From NCBI GenBank assembly GCA_000320545.1, contig ADNK01003064.1:1-64000 (forward strand): 64,000 nt of DNA. The letters are read 5' to 3'. This document shows, in pieces, positions 11,376-24,960 of this stretch. The stretch comes from Bigelowiella natans CCMP2755. Lineage: Eukaryota; Protista; Cercozoa. The notes below the pieces were generated by a model that was not told the origin of the DNA, made no database searches, and saw nothing but the letters and a program-made list of their open reading frames with translations. Numbering within the stretch: the first letter of the stretch is position 1; the number at the start of each line of letters is the position of its first letter. Position numbers and translations under genes: made by a program.

Positions 11376-11657
11376 ATGTCAAATATACAACTTGAACGAA
11401 ACGCAGAATTCACAAAACGAAGATGGTCGAGTTTGGTGACCTCGTGGATGTGTATGTGCGTTGTGCTGCGTTGTCTTCCCTCCTCTGCTCGCCCTATCTC
11501 CCCAAAATTCAGATGATGTCTTCGACGACATTTCGGAGGAGCTTCGACAGATCAGTGAGGAGGGCTATGAAAGGCAGAGCCATGATGACGACTCGGATTT
11601 TGTAAGGAAAACAGACTTTTTCTCGCGACATCGCGGAATTTACGACGACGACAATGG

Positions 11658-11689
<32 letters not shown>

Positions 11690-11817
11690 GGGTTCAAGCG
11701 TCGTCCTTGGGATGCAGCGTCCGAATCGTAGATGAATGCGCTCATGATGAAGATCGGAACAAAAGAAATTTGTTATGTCTTAATTTGTGCTTCAATGATG
11801 GAAAGTTCAAGCCTTGA
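11376..11817 (+). CDS. Possible small acidic protein of unknown function
   Basis: ATG at 11376 plus a gtatgt...cag intron gives MSNIQLERNAEFTKRRWSSLVTSWMYDVFDDISEELRQISEEGYERQSHDDDSDF. No recognisable domain. Confidence 0.3.
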
Positions 11818-12700
11818 AGTGCCATTTTGAAAAATGTTGCATCATGCCACATGGTGCGAAGGCAAGCATGCAGCCAGCAAACATTGCACATTGGACATTC
11901 GTGTGCATGTGTGCCCTGCAATGCTGCATACGCATGGACATCTGTGTTCGATCCCTTGCCATGTGTGCATGTTGATCAGAACAGAATGGGCCGGGGATGA
12001 TGTCCAACAGTGTGCGCAAAGTGGTGCGCATTTTCGTTGGGTCATGCTTGTAGTTTGGGTTTGAGTAGCAGTGCATTGATCGCAGCATTGTGCTGCAATT
12101 GACAAAAAACACAAGTGCCGCTGCGATGCCCGTGTGCATTTTGAAGTCTTTTGAGACTGGCTTGTGGCGTGAATTCATTTGAGCTCAGAAAGTTGGGTGA
12201 TTGTTTGAATTTTTTGTCTTTTTCAAATCATTTCAACAGCATGCATGGAGCTCAGCGTTGGCTTCCTTAGAAACATCAAATGAATTTGTTTCGGTCAGAG
12301 ATCAAAGACTGAGAAAGTGATCCACACAGCTTTTCTGTTTTGCAAGTGACAAGTGAGGTTGTCCTCACTGAGAACGGTGACATTGTTTTCTGACATTTTT
12401 TGTTGATTGTCATCGGGCACAAAGCTGCCACGTGCATTGCATTTTGCAAGTTGCCATTTTCATGGCTGTCTTTTTCGTTTGAGGGGAGGAAACTCATTGG
12501 GATCCTTCAAGTTAGGAACGGGCAAAGGATTGGCTTCTCCCTCTGCCTCATTTCCCTTCGACAACAGGTCCAATCCAATGCGTTTTCTGCGTTCATCGAT
12601 GCTCTCGATGAGAACGTCCACGCGATCGCCACGACGAAGGATGTCGCCTGCGGAACAAAAAGCGCTGCCAGATGAACTACGAGCGGATTCTTCCTGCCGA
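11815..12700. other. TpA-depleted hypermutated island overlapping the 3' end of the S1-domain gene
   Basis: 11821-12660 (840 bp) has 5 TA, 4 of them in NTAG. Confidence 0.85.
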
Positions 12701-13435
12701 TTGTTCCAGAACCGCAAGCAGCCAAGCTAGCCAAGCGGAATTATTCCGTCTTTCGTGGCACCAATGTCTACGAATGCACCAAAGTGAAGCACGTTTTTCA
12801 CGTGTCCTTCCAGAACCATTCCTACCTTTAGTGCTTCAAGGCGCTTGCGAGTTACTTTAATCTTCGTTCCAGCTTCTTGCAGATTGGACGACAGGTGCTG
12901 ATGCACTTTCTTCGTTGGCGCAGAATCAATGAGTTTGTTGTGGAATGCAGTCAAGTCTTCGTCACCCTTGATACTGGGTGAGCGTGACGAGCTGCAGGAC
13001 CCCATTTTCGATTCAGTAGGACTTGTGGCGTTCGTCGTGGCTGCTACAGAGGATGATGATGTAGATGATGATGATGAAGGTTTCTTCATGCCCGGACTGT
13101 GCAAGTAGTTGAGAAATGCACGCGACTTAGCATCGGCGGGAGCACGTTCCAGGTCAATTTGACGCTGAGAAACCCGTGAGACAACCACCTCAATGACGTC
13201 TCCAGGCTGAAGCACCTCGCGACAGTCTTCGGTCTTTGGATGCCACAGTTTCATAGTGGACTCGTATTTGTTAAAGAACTTCTTCAGGGAAAGAGCAGCC
13301 ACACGTGAGCGCGGTAGTACACCTAGGATCGTTCCAAATCCAATGTCAACGGAAGCGGCTTTCAGGTTCTGAAGAATGTTAATTGGAGAGATTCGGTGTG
13401 TTGTTCCGATGACCTCACCAGCTGCTATTTGCTGC
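12460..13435 (-). pseudogene. Two-S1-domain RNA-binding protein (ribosomal S1/Tex-like) with an in-frame TAG in the second S1 domain
   Basis: [38 protein letters not shown]...GDILRRGDRVDVLIESIDERRKRIGLDL; first S1 domain ...ASVDIGFG...EVLQPGDVIEVVVSRV. The stop at 12727-12729 lies within a CTTGGCTAG-CTTGGCTGC duplication. 5' exons are unresolved. Confidence 0.8.
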
Positions 13436-14479
13436 TAGTATTGATGGCGTGTGTAAACCTGCTCATTTGATGTTCTCCCGCATGTGATAACTGGCACTTT
13501 TGTACAACTTTTTGTTTCTTTGCATTGGGATTAAGGGAGAATCAATGAAAAAGGAAATGGTGCAAGCAAAACACTGGGACTCTTTGAGCGATGCTGGGAA
13601 TGGAGGAGTGTCAAACGAAAAGAGGCAACGCAGGCGTTTGGTAATTAATCGGTGGCAACGAGCCTACACGCTGCTTAAGATTCCAGAGGTTCTAACGTCC
13701 TTTGTTGTCCATTACCGCACATAGATTTGACTAACCTGTGTCCTGATGATGGGCTCGGAAGCAACGCCACTGGCGAGTAAAAGCAGCTTTAGAAGAAGAG
13801 AAACGATCCAAGGTTGCAACAATTCTACACTGTGCTGCTACGACGCAGTATTTTTGCTTGATTGTTCATTCGGCATCTGAGGATTGGTCCAAGAGCGGCA
13901 GTTAGAATAGATGCTTATTGTCGCCAGATGTGCATGAGAATTAAACGCCTCTGATACTCATTTGATTTTCACAGCTCCCAAGCGTTTTTGAGGACATAAT
14001 TACGGGAGGTGGAGTTGCAGCATCAAAACTAGTTCGCCGGAGGCGAATTAGGGATAGGCATGGACTTCCAAAAGCAGCGGGTTCATGTTTTTTTAGATAA
14101 GAGATAAGTAGGATAGGAAAGAGGGTCAATACAAATGGAATTATGAAAATAATGTGTATTTTTCAGGTCATTTGATCAAAACAATAAGAGGTTGGATCAA
14201 ATGAGTGAAAGGGCGGGACGTACACATGCTTTTGCTAGCCAAGCAAATGTGTCAAAATTTTCTAGTAAACAACAAGAACGGATGATCCAGGTGTAGTCAT
14301 GTGTGCACGCAACGACGCGTACTCGATCGCCCGCTAGATAAATTTATCAACGGTGAAACTTATCCTATCTTGGATGAACCGCCTGTACTTGTAACATCTG
14401 AATCACAGTGAACAAGTTATTTGTGTGGTGTGTTATTTACAAGGTTTAAATGTTCTCCAATGAGACCAGTGCAATGAAA

Positions 14480-15260
14480 TAATTAAACCTATTTTGTAAT
14501 CATTCTTTTGCTGCTGTGCAAAGCGAGCATCAACAGCACCCATGATGATCTAAAGAATGTTGCATCCATTTGTTTCTGCTGTTACTTGCTTCATGGCTCA
14601 TTGCAAAGCATTCGCATAGCATTGTGAGACAGGTGCACGCAAAGTGATTGAATCACTTCAACAAATGGTCAGGCGCAGCTGTGCAAAGAAAGCAGCGGCT
14701 ACAGCGTGCAATGACAAGCATGTGAAGAACAGACAGCTGTGAATCCATGCTAGCATGGCACTGCTGTTTGCATTGCATTGCACCACGTTCAGGATCGTGC
14801 AGGACCTGTCAAGTGCACATGTTTGTAGCGAGCGGCGCAAGAAATTTGGCACACATGTGGGCAAAACATGTGCACCATCAACACACCACCACATGTGGTT
14901 GAGAACTCATAGATGCATGAGCGCAAAACTAAGCGTGTTCGGCGAAAGGACACACGCTCCATGGAAGCCATGCTGCGTGCATTGTGATTGCTAGATTGGG
15001 GTTTGTGTTTCTTGCAAGCACGCTGACACAATGAATGTGAACTCATACAATCGCAGGCCCGCAACACTCATCGCGACATTGAGATGACAGACCAAGAAAG
15101 TCGAGAGAGGGGGCTCGCCCGCTCTCGCTCGTCGAGCAAACATGCATGCCATGGATCACGATGCAGGCTAGCAGGTAGAGCTAGCACGCTCATGCTCCAC
15201 TTCAAGATTGCATGTGGGTAGCTAATGAATGTTCACATCGCTGATGCCCAGCTGGTTTTA
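14480..15260. other. TpA-depleted hypermutated island
   Basis: In 14641-15240 nearly all residual TA are CTAG, CTA or TAG; the region is rich in TGCA/CATG. Confidence 0.85.
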
Positions 15261-15588
15261 GATTTATTGATGCGATACGCGAACAATTAATGCAGCGACG
15301 ACGGATTAAATATCTCAGAAAGCCGAAAGACCTTCTGCAAGTAATCCACATAACAATCAGCTCTCTTCTCTTTTCTTTCCCTCTTCTTTCACGGAAAACA
15401 AAGAAACAAAATGGCATTTGATGGTTAATCGATTTTACATCACATACAGAGACCACATTTAATGTCAAAAATGATGATCACGACAAACAGATATTAATTC
15501 TACAGAAGCGACCAAAAAATTGAAAAAGAAACTGAGTGATTAGTATGATAATGTGCAATATTGACCACAATAGTAGCTATGAAGGACA

Positions 15589-18500
15589 TCAACTTTGCAT
15601 CAAATGAAGGCCGTCACCAGCGATAGCAAACGAACAATTACCCTCCTCTCCAAAACACTTCAAATACGATACCAGGCACTTTTCCCAACCTTCGTAAACG
15701 TCACCTAAGTAATTCGATCCCAAAAAACAAATGACGATAAATGTACAGATTCTTTTTGAACCTCTCCACATTTGATTGAGTATATGATATTGACTGACCT
15801 TGGTCGTGTTCTTGGTTGTCTTTTATTTTCACTTTCTTTTCAGAGTGTTCTTGTCCTTGGCCATGTTCTATTGTAACTACCGTCCCTCCCCCTGTTACTA
15901 CCGTCTTCTTCTTTTCCTTCTTCTCAACGACTTGAATAAATGGACAGTACGCCCGATGAAATTTCAATGGGTCAAACAACTTATTAATGATGTTGCCGCC
16001 TTGGAACGCGTGTTTGTTGCTGTTTGTGCTGCTAGTGGAACTGCTCTCAAGGTTGTGCGGAGTAGCTCCGGTAATTCCTAAATTGTAAGCAGTAGCAGCA
16101 GCAACATATGCAATTTAATTGAGTTGACGTTTTAAAATATTGAGACCAATTAGAAAACACATAACAAAGTGCACCCATGAGAACATATATCGCTTTACAT
16201 CACGCAGCACACACTACTCATATCGTTAAATTCTGTATCTATGCACATTTATATGATTATGATTCTTTACTACTAATACTAACGTCGTCGCTTCATGCCA
16301 GTCGTCGTTGAAAAACTTGGTGTCGATGCTGCTGCAACCCCTGTATCTCTTCCTCCGACATTGCTCCATGATGCTGCTGCTATTCCGGTCAATATCACAG
16401 TAGAGGACGAAAAAATGTATTCATAATATTGCAACAATTAAAGAAACAGTCGTGTCTCAAAATAAGTTCGCTGTTGTAGCCTGATTTACTAAGAAGATAA
16501 AATTTACTTTTGGCCGCATAGGTTATCTATTTGGAATTGCATTCAGTTATCTTTAGTAGTACACTACTTAGAACACGACTGTTCTAAATGCATCAACAGT
16601 AGCACTAGCAGCAGCAGCAGAGTACTTGTATCTTTTATAGCCCCATTCTCCATCTTACGATTGGCTAAACGGATAAAGATAAAAAAATAAGAAACATCAA
16701 GGAAAGACGACGAGCTGCTACAGATAAGAACGGATTTTGTAAGAAGGAAAGATAGCTATGCAAATCTATGCTAAGACTACTACTACTACTACTACTACTA
16801 CTACTGCTACTTCTACCTACTACCAGCACTACTACTGCCTGGCTGCCTCTATTCACACATCATCATCATTATCATCATCATCATTATCATATTACATAGG
16901 ATGATGGCACTGCCCTCCGTAGACTCGTCGAGTAGTACGTCATCATCATCACCATCATCCTCTTTATCATCTAATGGTGAATATAATAACAGAACATAAT
17001 TGTTTAGTAGTAGCTGTGTGTATTCGCCTCCTTGTCTAATAACAGTGGATGATGATAACAACAAATACTGCTATTTTCTTCTACAACATTCGGTGCTTAT
17101 TCTTCATCTTACCATCAGGATGATTATGTCGTTGTTGCAGCAGCTGATGATTTTCCTGAAGCATCACGCGAATCCTCTGCATGCACCTATTATATGTTCT
17201 CAGCTTCTTCTTCTTTTTCTTCAGTTGTATGTAGTACTTCAGCAACAGTTATAAAATCATCGTAATCATCATCATCATCATTATCATCATCATCATCATT
17301 TTCCATACCCGGTACACTCTAATATGATGACTTGTTGTTGCTTGTTGGTGGCGGCGAAAATTTTATCACTCCATCGAGAACAAGAGGCTGCTGATGCTTC
17401 TGTTGGTTTTTGTTGGGATTGGTTGTTACGGCTCAATCCATGTCCCCTTCGAGGTGGAGGGTGAGGCAAAACAGGACGCCATCTACTCAAAACAGGCCAG
17501 CATCATAAAGAGCGACAATAGCAACACGCAGGACCTCGTCATAATAATGATTCATTCACACAACACCACTCATGGTCGTAGCCTTCATTATCCTAACGAC
17601 AACACAATCCGACTATAACTTTGAATACTTTATTATCGGTTATGACTAAATGGTGATGATGATGATGATGATGATGATGCTAGCAAGGATGAAGATAATT
17701 ACCCTGTTGCGGCAATGATAATTTCCTTCGAAAGTTGATACTCAAGCCGATATTGAATAACATTTGATGATATGATGCGATCGGTTATTTGTGGAGAAAG
17801 AACGATGCTTCGGTATGCGCTATCTCTGTTTGAAATATCATTTAATTTATGGAAACGACCTTGAAAATGATGACAATTATGACTATGATGATGATGATGA
17901 TAAACACGATGTATCTCAATGGCTATAACTAAATTTGATGTGATTGGTAGTGCAATTTCATGCCCAACGAATGGCCGTACGTAACGTCAATATTTTAGTT
18001 GCTCATTCTCTCAAACACACTCGGTTTATGGTGGACGAAACCGCATGCAATATCGTCAATAAATTTACAAAAACTGTTTGTGCTTACTTCTTCAAGATGG
18101 CTACCCGAGAAGCAACTTCGGCTGCAATCTGTTGTGTATTTGATGGGATCTCCTGATCCAAGATTTTGATAACAAATAAATGAGTAGTTGCAACGGTTTG
18201 TGAAGTAAAACAATAGTTTTCCTATGAGGGAGGAAAGTGACATCATATAGAAGAGAACTTAAATAACATGGCATTTAGAGACATCGGAATAGCGTATTCT
18301 AAAAGTACAAAAGTACCGCGAAACTTTTTGGGGAAGGACTCCCCGCCCACATACACTTCACTTTATGTCCGTTCCTTATTTTATCAAGAATCTGATCAGA
18401 GAAAAAAATTATCTTCATCTCCGGGGCCGCATCTAACAGCTCATCAAATTTATACACAACCGCAGAATTATTTCGCTTCAGCATTCATTGGAACAATATA

Positions 18501-18922
18501 AATACAAGACGGACGGATGAGTTGTGACGCTTATTGCAGTTGTTGTAAAAAGCCAAAGTAAACATAGTACTATTTTTATATTACCATATCTGCTGCTTTT
18601 GACCTCATTTCAGATCCCAGACGAGAGTCGATAGAGGTATAGACGATTGCGTTACCTAAACACCGCATCCGTTTCACCCCCAATTATGACAGTGGTCGAT
18701 ATATGTAATGGACAGTGCCGGGGTGTTACGTACTACGGCAAATTCCATGTAATGTTCTTATTTCAACAGTCATCGGCATAATTAGATTCTCTATTAAATG
18801 ATGAGATAACAAAATAAAACATGGACCAAGTTATTCTTTATTATTCTGAAAGTAATCGCTACAGTTAGTCGTCTTACAGCATTGGCACGCCAACGTATTT
18901 TCCTTAATGCAGTGCCATCCAT
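15589..18922 (-). CDS. NIPA/ZC3HC1-like C3HC zinc finger and Rsm1-like nuclear basket protein, multi-exon
   Basis: DKIRNGHKVKCMWAGSPSPKSFA (cf. H..FC.W..SPSP..F), IIAATG|WRP, VIILECTG, FDPLKFHRAYCPFIQ (FDP..EHR.YCP), GWEKCLVSYL. The start codon is tentative. Confidence 0.8.
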
Positions 18923-19010
18923 GAAGAGCGACTTTCCTATCAGTCAGTGAGATTGCGATGACTTACATCACGCATGCGGAGGAATACGCACTTGGAATGT
19001 GTAATTAATT

Positions 19011-19092
19011 TGTTGGAATCTTACAAAGGAGAGAGATTCGCTGTGTTATCAATAAATTATGTTGGAATCTTACAAAGGAGAGAGATTCGCTG
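19011..19092. repeat. 33-bp perfect direct repeat (2 copies)
   Basis: TGTTGGAATCTTACAAAGGAGAGAGATTCGCTG at 19011-19043 and 19060-19092. Confidence 0.95.
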
Positions 19093-19480
19093 GCTTCCCA
19101 AACCATTTCGAGGCCGAGAATGTCCTCAGTCTTTCGCGATAAGACTCTTCAATGCGCAGTGGACAACATGTGATTATTGTTTACAAACCATGAATTATTT
19201 GCGTTGATTGGAGTTCGCCACATAATACGCATCATCAGTGAAAAGTGTAACTTTGTTGTAGTAGGTAGGACCTCGGGAAAAGTCCATCTTATGGCAGTCT
19301 TGTCACACTTTTATCTATTTGCAATCTGGTTTCAGCCGAGGAGAAGAGGGAGCTGATTAATCGAATAACGATCCAATTAGTAGTCCTTCCTTCCTCCTCC
19401 TCTAGTTCCTACTTTCTGATTAAGATGGATGATGATGACTTAGGAGAGGAGTTAGATATATTATTAGATCTAGTTAGATC

Positions 19481-19577
19481 TAGTTAGTTAGTTAGTTTTT
19501 TTATTCTGTTCGCATAATTCCATAGTGGAGGAACTACCATACTAGAAACTACTACATACAAGAATGTACTACATACC

Positions 19578-19654
<77 letters not shown>

Positions 19655-19655
19655 C
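19481..19655. repeat. (GTTA)n-TTATTCTGTTCGC module followed by a long (CAA)n tract, upstream of the ZIP gene
   Basis: The same module recurs at 46696-46729; (CAA)n spans 19577-19655. Confidence 0.75.
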
Positions 19656-19758
19656 TCACTGAATAAGGAAGGAGGAGGACACACACTACGTCATTGCTAC
19701 TCCACGAGGGACGGGGGAGACAAGCGGTTCTAAGGGGGAGGAGGCCAAAATACAGGAG

Positions 19759-20727
19759 ATGGAGGGCACATCGATATCGGAGGGAGTTGGATGCCTTGCA
19801 GATCTCGCCCCCCTCCTCACATGGTAGCGATGAGTCAAAGTAGTGATATGACGTATGGTGTGAGACCCTTGTTTACACTTGTCATATATTAGGACCTTCC
19901 TAGGGCCAGCTTTGGTAGGCTATATTCCATTTGTGCTCACCACTACAGCACCAGAGGTTGCAACCACAAGCCAAAACATTACATCTATTAAATGAACCAA
20001 GGAGTAGTCATTTTTAACCTCAGTTGGAAAATATCATCACAAGGAAGGTTACTATCGACTGTGACTCCATGCTCAAGGTTTGTATTTGCAGATTCTTCAT
20101 TTAAGCTCAGTTCTCGGATCTGGACTTCTGGTATTATATGATACGTGATGACCATATGTAGCTAGTGTTATGTGTAGTAGTACCAAAATAATGGCTAGTG
20201 TATTACTGAACTTATAGTATTATTGTATTTAATACGTGATGAGTATATGTAGCTATGTATGTAGTATCCATATAATAGCTAACATATTTAACATATTATT
20301 ACCAGTGTATAGCAAGAGTTAAGCCGACATAATTATAGACATAATACCAATATGCGTTGTTAAGCTGACATAATTATAGACATACTAGCAATATGCGTTA
20401 AATTCTTTCGTTTTAGGTTGGAACTGTAATGGAAACTATCATACCAGAAGCTTACAATATGCTACTCTTGAATCATCAAGAGCAAGAAGAGAGAAATATT
20501 GAACACCGCCGTAACCTCAATACTGGTCACCCTTCGCATCCGGTCGGCGGTGACAATGGGCACAGAGGAGGAGGAGGAGGAGGAGGAGAGGTCCCAGGAG
20601 AGTTCTCAAGTAGTGGAGATACTGAAGAGAGTCAGAAAAAGGTTATGCTTCAGTTGATCGTGGAAGAAGATACATATTGCCGCCATCTCATTAAGTGACC
20701 CTAATTTATATAAGATGGTTATTATTA

Positions 20728-20763
<36 letters not shown>

Positions 20764-20781
20764 TGTGCTATGAACAAGAGA

Positions 20782-20839
<58 letters not shown>

Positions 20840-22911
20840 AGAATCTCCCTATCATGTAAACTTCTTTTATCTAAAAAAGGCATTGAAATTCTGACTTATT
20901 GAGGTGCATATGTGTGCGTGATTTTATTCAATCCCCCTCCCACCCCCTCCCTTCTGTATTGACTGTTCTTGGTTTCGCACCAGGAATTATCCTCTTATTT
21001 GTTGCATCGCACGTACTACGAGGCTTCTCACTTTGCAGGACTTGCAACTGCTCTTGGGTACTAAGAGCAGCAATAAGAAAGATCATTACCACGAAGAAGA
21101 AGATTCCAAACTATGTTTTCGTTTTTCATGGATTTCTTTTGGGCGGAGAAAATTCAATCTACTTTTTATTGATGGATTCCTTTTGGAGCTGGGAAAATTC
21201 AATTATACTTTTTATTTATGGTTTCTTGCATCCGCCCTTTCAGATAATATCGATACTTATGCTAGATCTTGCTAATCTGATGGTGTTGTTGATAATATCA
21301 CTGTTGTGCAGGTTTTTATTCATGTTGCTGTGCGACCGAATTCCCAATCTTGTAACAAAAATACGAAGAAGAAAACACCATCAATCAATAGAAAGTGGAG
21401 TTGTAGTAGCTCAGACAACTTCTGGTTCGAAGGATGGCATTGAGATGGGAAATATCTTACACAACTCTCATGGTCATCATGAGCTGCTACACCACCACCA
21501 CCATCACCAACGAAAACAAAGTAGCAAAAGCGCTTTTACCAATTCCAGTGCTGCCAGCGTCTCGTTTGGACTCATAGTAAGACTTCGACGATCATATTCC
21601 TAGTCGTAGATAGTTATATTGACAAATTCCCTTCTCCTCTACGTTGTAAAGATAGAGCTTCTTCTTCTTCTTCTTTTTATTATTATTATTATTATTATTG
21701 CTGTTGTTGTTGATGTTGTTGGTGGTGGTGTTCTGTTTTTGGTTGTTCGTTCTCCCATCTTTTCTGCAGCTCCACTCTGCAATGGATGGGATTCCACTGG
21801 GGGCAGCAGCGTGTTCTGGTAGTATTCTAATAACCATAGAGAATAAAATATTACTGCAAAACATGGGCGGGTAGAAAGGTGGGTGCCTTAGCATTTTGTT
21901 TGTATAGCCCCTTGAGTGTTAACTAATAGTTTACAACAATGAGAATAATAAAGGATACGTCGGAAAACTGCGAAAAAACTACTCTTAATGATGAGGAAAC
22001 CCCAAAAAATCACTAATTCATTATGGCAACTCATAGGAAATCAGGATGTACAACTTGTTTTAATGTTAGCTACACTATTACACAAGGTGATAAAGAGATA
22101 GGAGAGGGATCTTCTGTTCCAGCTGCTTTCTAATTTTCATTTTAGAAGGGATTGCTTTATTATTGTTATGGTTTTTCGAATCCCCCCCCCCGTTATATTA
22201 TCTTTCGTCCTATGTTTTCCTTATCCATGCAAATTTTGCGTTTGGGTATTGTGTTAAAAGTAGTTGTATCGGGGTATTAGTAGCAGTAGTAGTACTAATA
22301 GCAGCGAATTTGGACAACATTCATTTTAATGACATTAAGTGTACACCATCAGTATTTGTGTTATTATGGGTACGTATCTAATTAGATGTGTGTGGTCTGT
22401 GGTCGTCGATAATGATACATAAAGGCCCCCGCGTCATTTGGACTTAGTAGTTTTCTTCTGGGGTCTGGAGCACCTCGTCGTATAGGTTATTACTTGTTGG
22501 AGACGTTATCATTATCATATTTTCATTAATATTTCGACGATTTCGTTACTTATCGGTACTACCATCATCAGTGCTTCGTAGTCTGGGTTATTTCTGTTTA
22601 GCAGCACCATTTACTGCTCTGGTTGTAGCTCTCGCTTTATCGGTGTGGAAGAGTAGCAGCAGTGGGGTCCTAACGACTGTTGTTCCAGCCACTGCAACAA
22701 CAACAACAACAACTAGTACGACAAATTCTGGGATTTCGTCTTCACCACTTTCAGATAGAGAGCACCTAGATGCAGCTGCCATGAGTTCAGCTCTCACAGG
22801 TGTTAATTCAATAGCGTTCGTTATGTAGCTATTCTTGTTATTATAGTATTATTATCACAATAAGGGAGGCGAAGAAGGTCACTGATTATGTATACATTAT
22901 GCACAGTATGA

Positions 22912-22942
<31 letters not shown>

Positions 22943-23786
22943 TGGATTGCAGCGATGCTCATAATTTTGGGAAGATATATCAGTATCACCATCATAAAAT
23001 AACGGCATTAACGATGATATCATCATTGATAGTGGTTAATGAAAGATGAAGAAGTTCTTCTGTCCGACCACAGGCGACGGCACTAGCTCCTGCACATTCT
23101 TGGCACAAAAAAAAACCAACGACCACAGTGACTCATATTATATCTATTATCCAGGCCTTGGACTTCTCTTCTCCGCGGGGACTATGATTTACACTATCAC
23201 AACGTAGAAACAAATATGAATACTTGTGTTATGAGGACAAAAATAAATATATCTTTTTGGTGCTGGGACACCTTCATGTTGCGATTGCTTAGTGTGAAAT
23301 TTCTATGGTATGTGTATACACCCTGCTTGTATGATTCATTTTTGTCGATATATGTGTTCTTTACCATCATGTTCTTGATAGTCATTTGCTACCCGAGCTT
23401 CTCAAGAAATCACCACATCATCATCCACCAGAGTCAAGAGATATGAAAGATTGCAAAATAGAAGACAACGATAAAGATGAAGACCCCACCGTACTCCAAG
23501 TGCTGGAACTTTGTACTTTCGTGGTACTGTTTTAAATAGATAGCCAGATAGTCGTAAATCAAGTGAGGAAAAATGTTCAACATGCATGATAAAAAAGAAA
23601 TGTGTTTTCTTTGAAAAAAATAGACTGATTTCTTTGACATCTGCTTTCAACTTGATGATAAATTTGAAATTTACGTGTATTACAATACTTTTCACAATTG
23701 GTTTCGGGTAAAATTTTCAGCTCGGTTTAATGGTACCTTTTGCGATTGAGATTATCCATGGAGGACACGCCGGACATCGCCATTAG
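19759..23786 (+). CDS. ZIP9 (SLC39A9)-like zinc transporter, multi-exon
   Basis: MEGTS...FLGPALVGYIPF; VLGSGLL|VGTVMETIIPEAY; HFAGLATALG|FLFMLLCDRI; FGLI|LHSAMDGIPLGAAA; LATLLHK|APASFGLSSFL; GLLFSAGTMIY; HLLPE; LGLMVPF...GHRH*. All ZIP9 TM motifs appear in order. Confidence 0.92.
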
Positions 23787-23929
23787 TTGATAGAAATATA
23801 ACAGAACTCTCAGCTGCCATCTTAACGGTATGATGGATAATATTCCAATTTCCACGATGGAGCAGGATAGGCACAAAAACTTATAATTGCATTTTGAAAG
23901 TGAAATTTACAACCCTTGTTGTGTCGAAG

Positions 23930-24960
23930 GCTAGCATTGCATGCGACTTTAGCTACTGTGCTTGTGCACAACCCTGGAACACGATGCACACCGCATTAGC
24001 ATGTTCCTGCTGCCCATCTCAGCATGATGGTTTGTGCCGCATCATTCCAGCAGTATTCGCAATCGTTTGCAGTTCCAGACACAATGGACACAACGTTCAC
24101 ATGACATGTTGAGTGTGCTGTGTAGCTGAAGATGTGCATTCATGTGCACGTTTAGATGTGCACAGCTGCAGTCTAGCAGTGCAGATCGAATGGTCCAAAT
24201 GAACTGTGTTTGTTGCAGCATGAATGACTTCGAAGATGTTCGCACGCTTTGGCGCTCACGTGCAGCGCACCGCAATGGGCCGGTGCTGCGCATGCAGTCT
24301 GCTCCCAACCGAGCGACCAACAGGCTGCACTTTGACCAGATCTTGATTGATCAGGTGCCAGTGCGAGAGACCTCCAGATCCAGAGACGGATCGCCTCTCT
24401 CGCAATGCTGGGGTGATCGATGGCACTGCTAGACTGGCACAGGTCAGACATTCGTGCCACGTCATCACTTCACGATGGTGCTGAGTGCAGTGCCCAAGCG
24501 ATCCAGCGATGGTGAACTCCAGAACTGCCACGCTTTCATCATCAGGAGCAGCAAAGTCGCAGCATCTCTCGCGGAGTGAACCCTGCAAATTTGGGCGCAC
24601 GGGGCGGGACGCTGATTGCAGTGCACCAGTGTGTGGCATGCCAGCAGCAAGCCCACGTGCACAGCTGGACAGCACCGTGCTTGTGCACGTGTTGTGTTTG
24701 TTGTGTGTCGTTTCTTCGTTTTCGGTTCAAGCGATGCATGCGCCTCAGGCACATCTAGACATGCAAGACATCAAGACATCCCCAACTTGTTGTGTTCACT
24801 TGTTTCTGCATTTCGTCACAGTGGGCTTGTGATGTTGGGCTTGTGATGTTGGGCGTTGTGACGCGCAACTCGCTGGCTTTTGTGCGTCTGGTCTTCGATC
24901 ACTTGTTTGCACGTGCACTGTCATTGGGATGTCATTCATCATGGGATGTTCTTCAGGATG
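23930..24960. other. TpA-depleted hypermutated island
   Basis: 24181-24960 (780 bp) contains exactly two TA, both in CTAG; CpG is abundant. Confidence 0.92.
24256..24675 (-). pseudogene. Relic ORF with apparent Tyr->His/Cys recoding, family unknown
   Basis: ...LRERCCDFAAPDDESVAVLEFTIAGSLGHCTQHHREVMTWHECLTCASLAVP...GLSHWHLINQDLVKVQPVG...RLHAQHRPI: no Tyr in 139 aa, with clusters of H/C next to W/L. Confidence 0.5.

Noticed and set aside
19484-19684. Poly-Leu/Ile/Ser/His/Gln ORFs here and throughout introns
   Set aside because: They are translations of trinucleotide microsatellites, not genes.
20899-21603. 234-aa ORF as a standalone membrane protein
   Set aside because: It is an intron read-through containing parts of ZIP9 exons in mixed frames.
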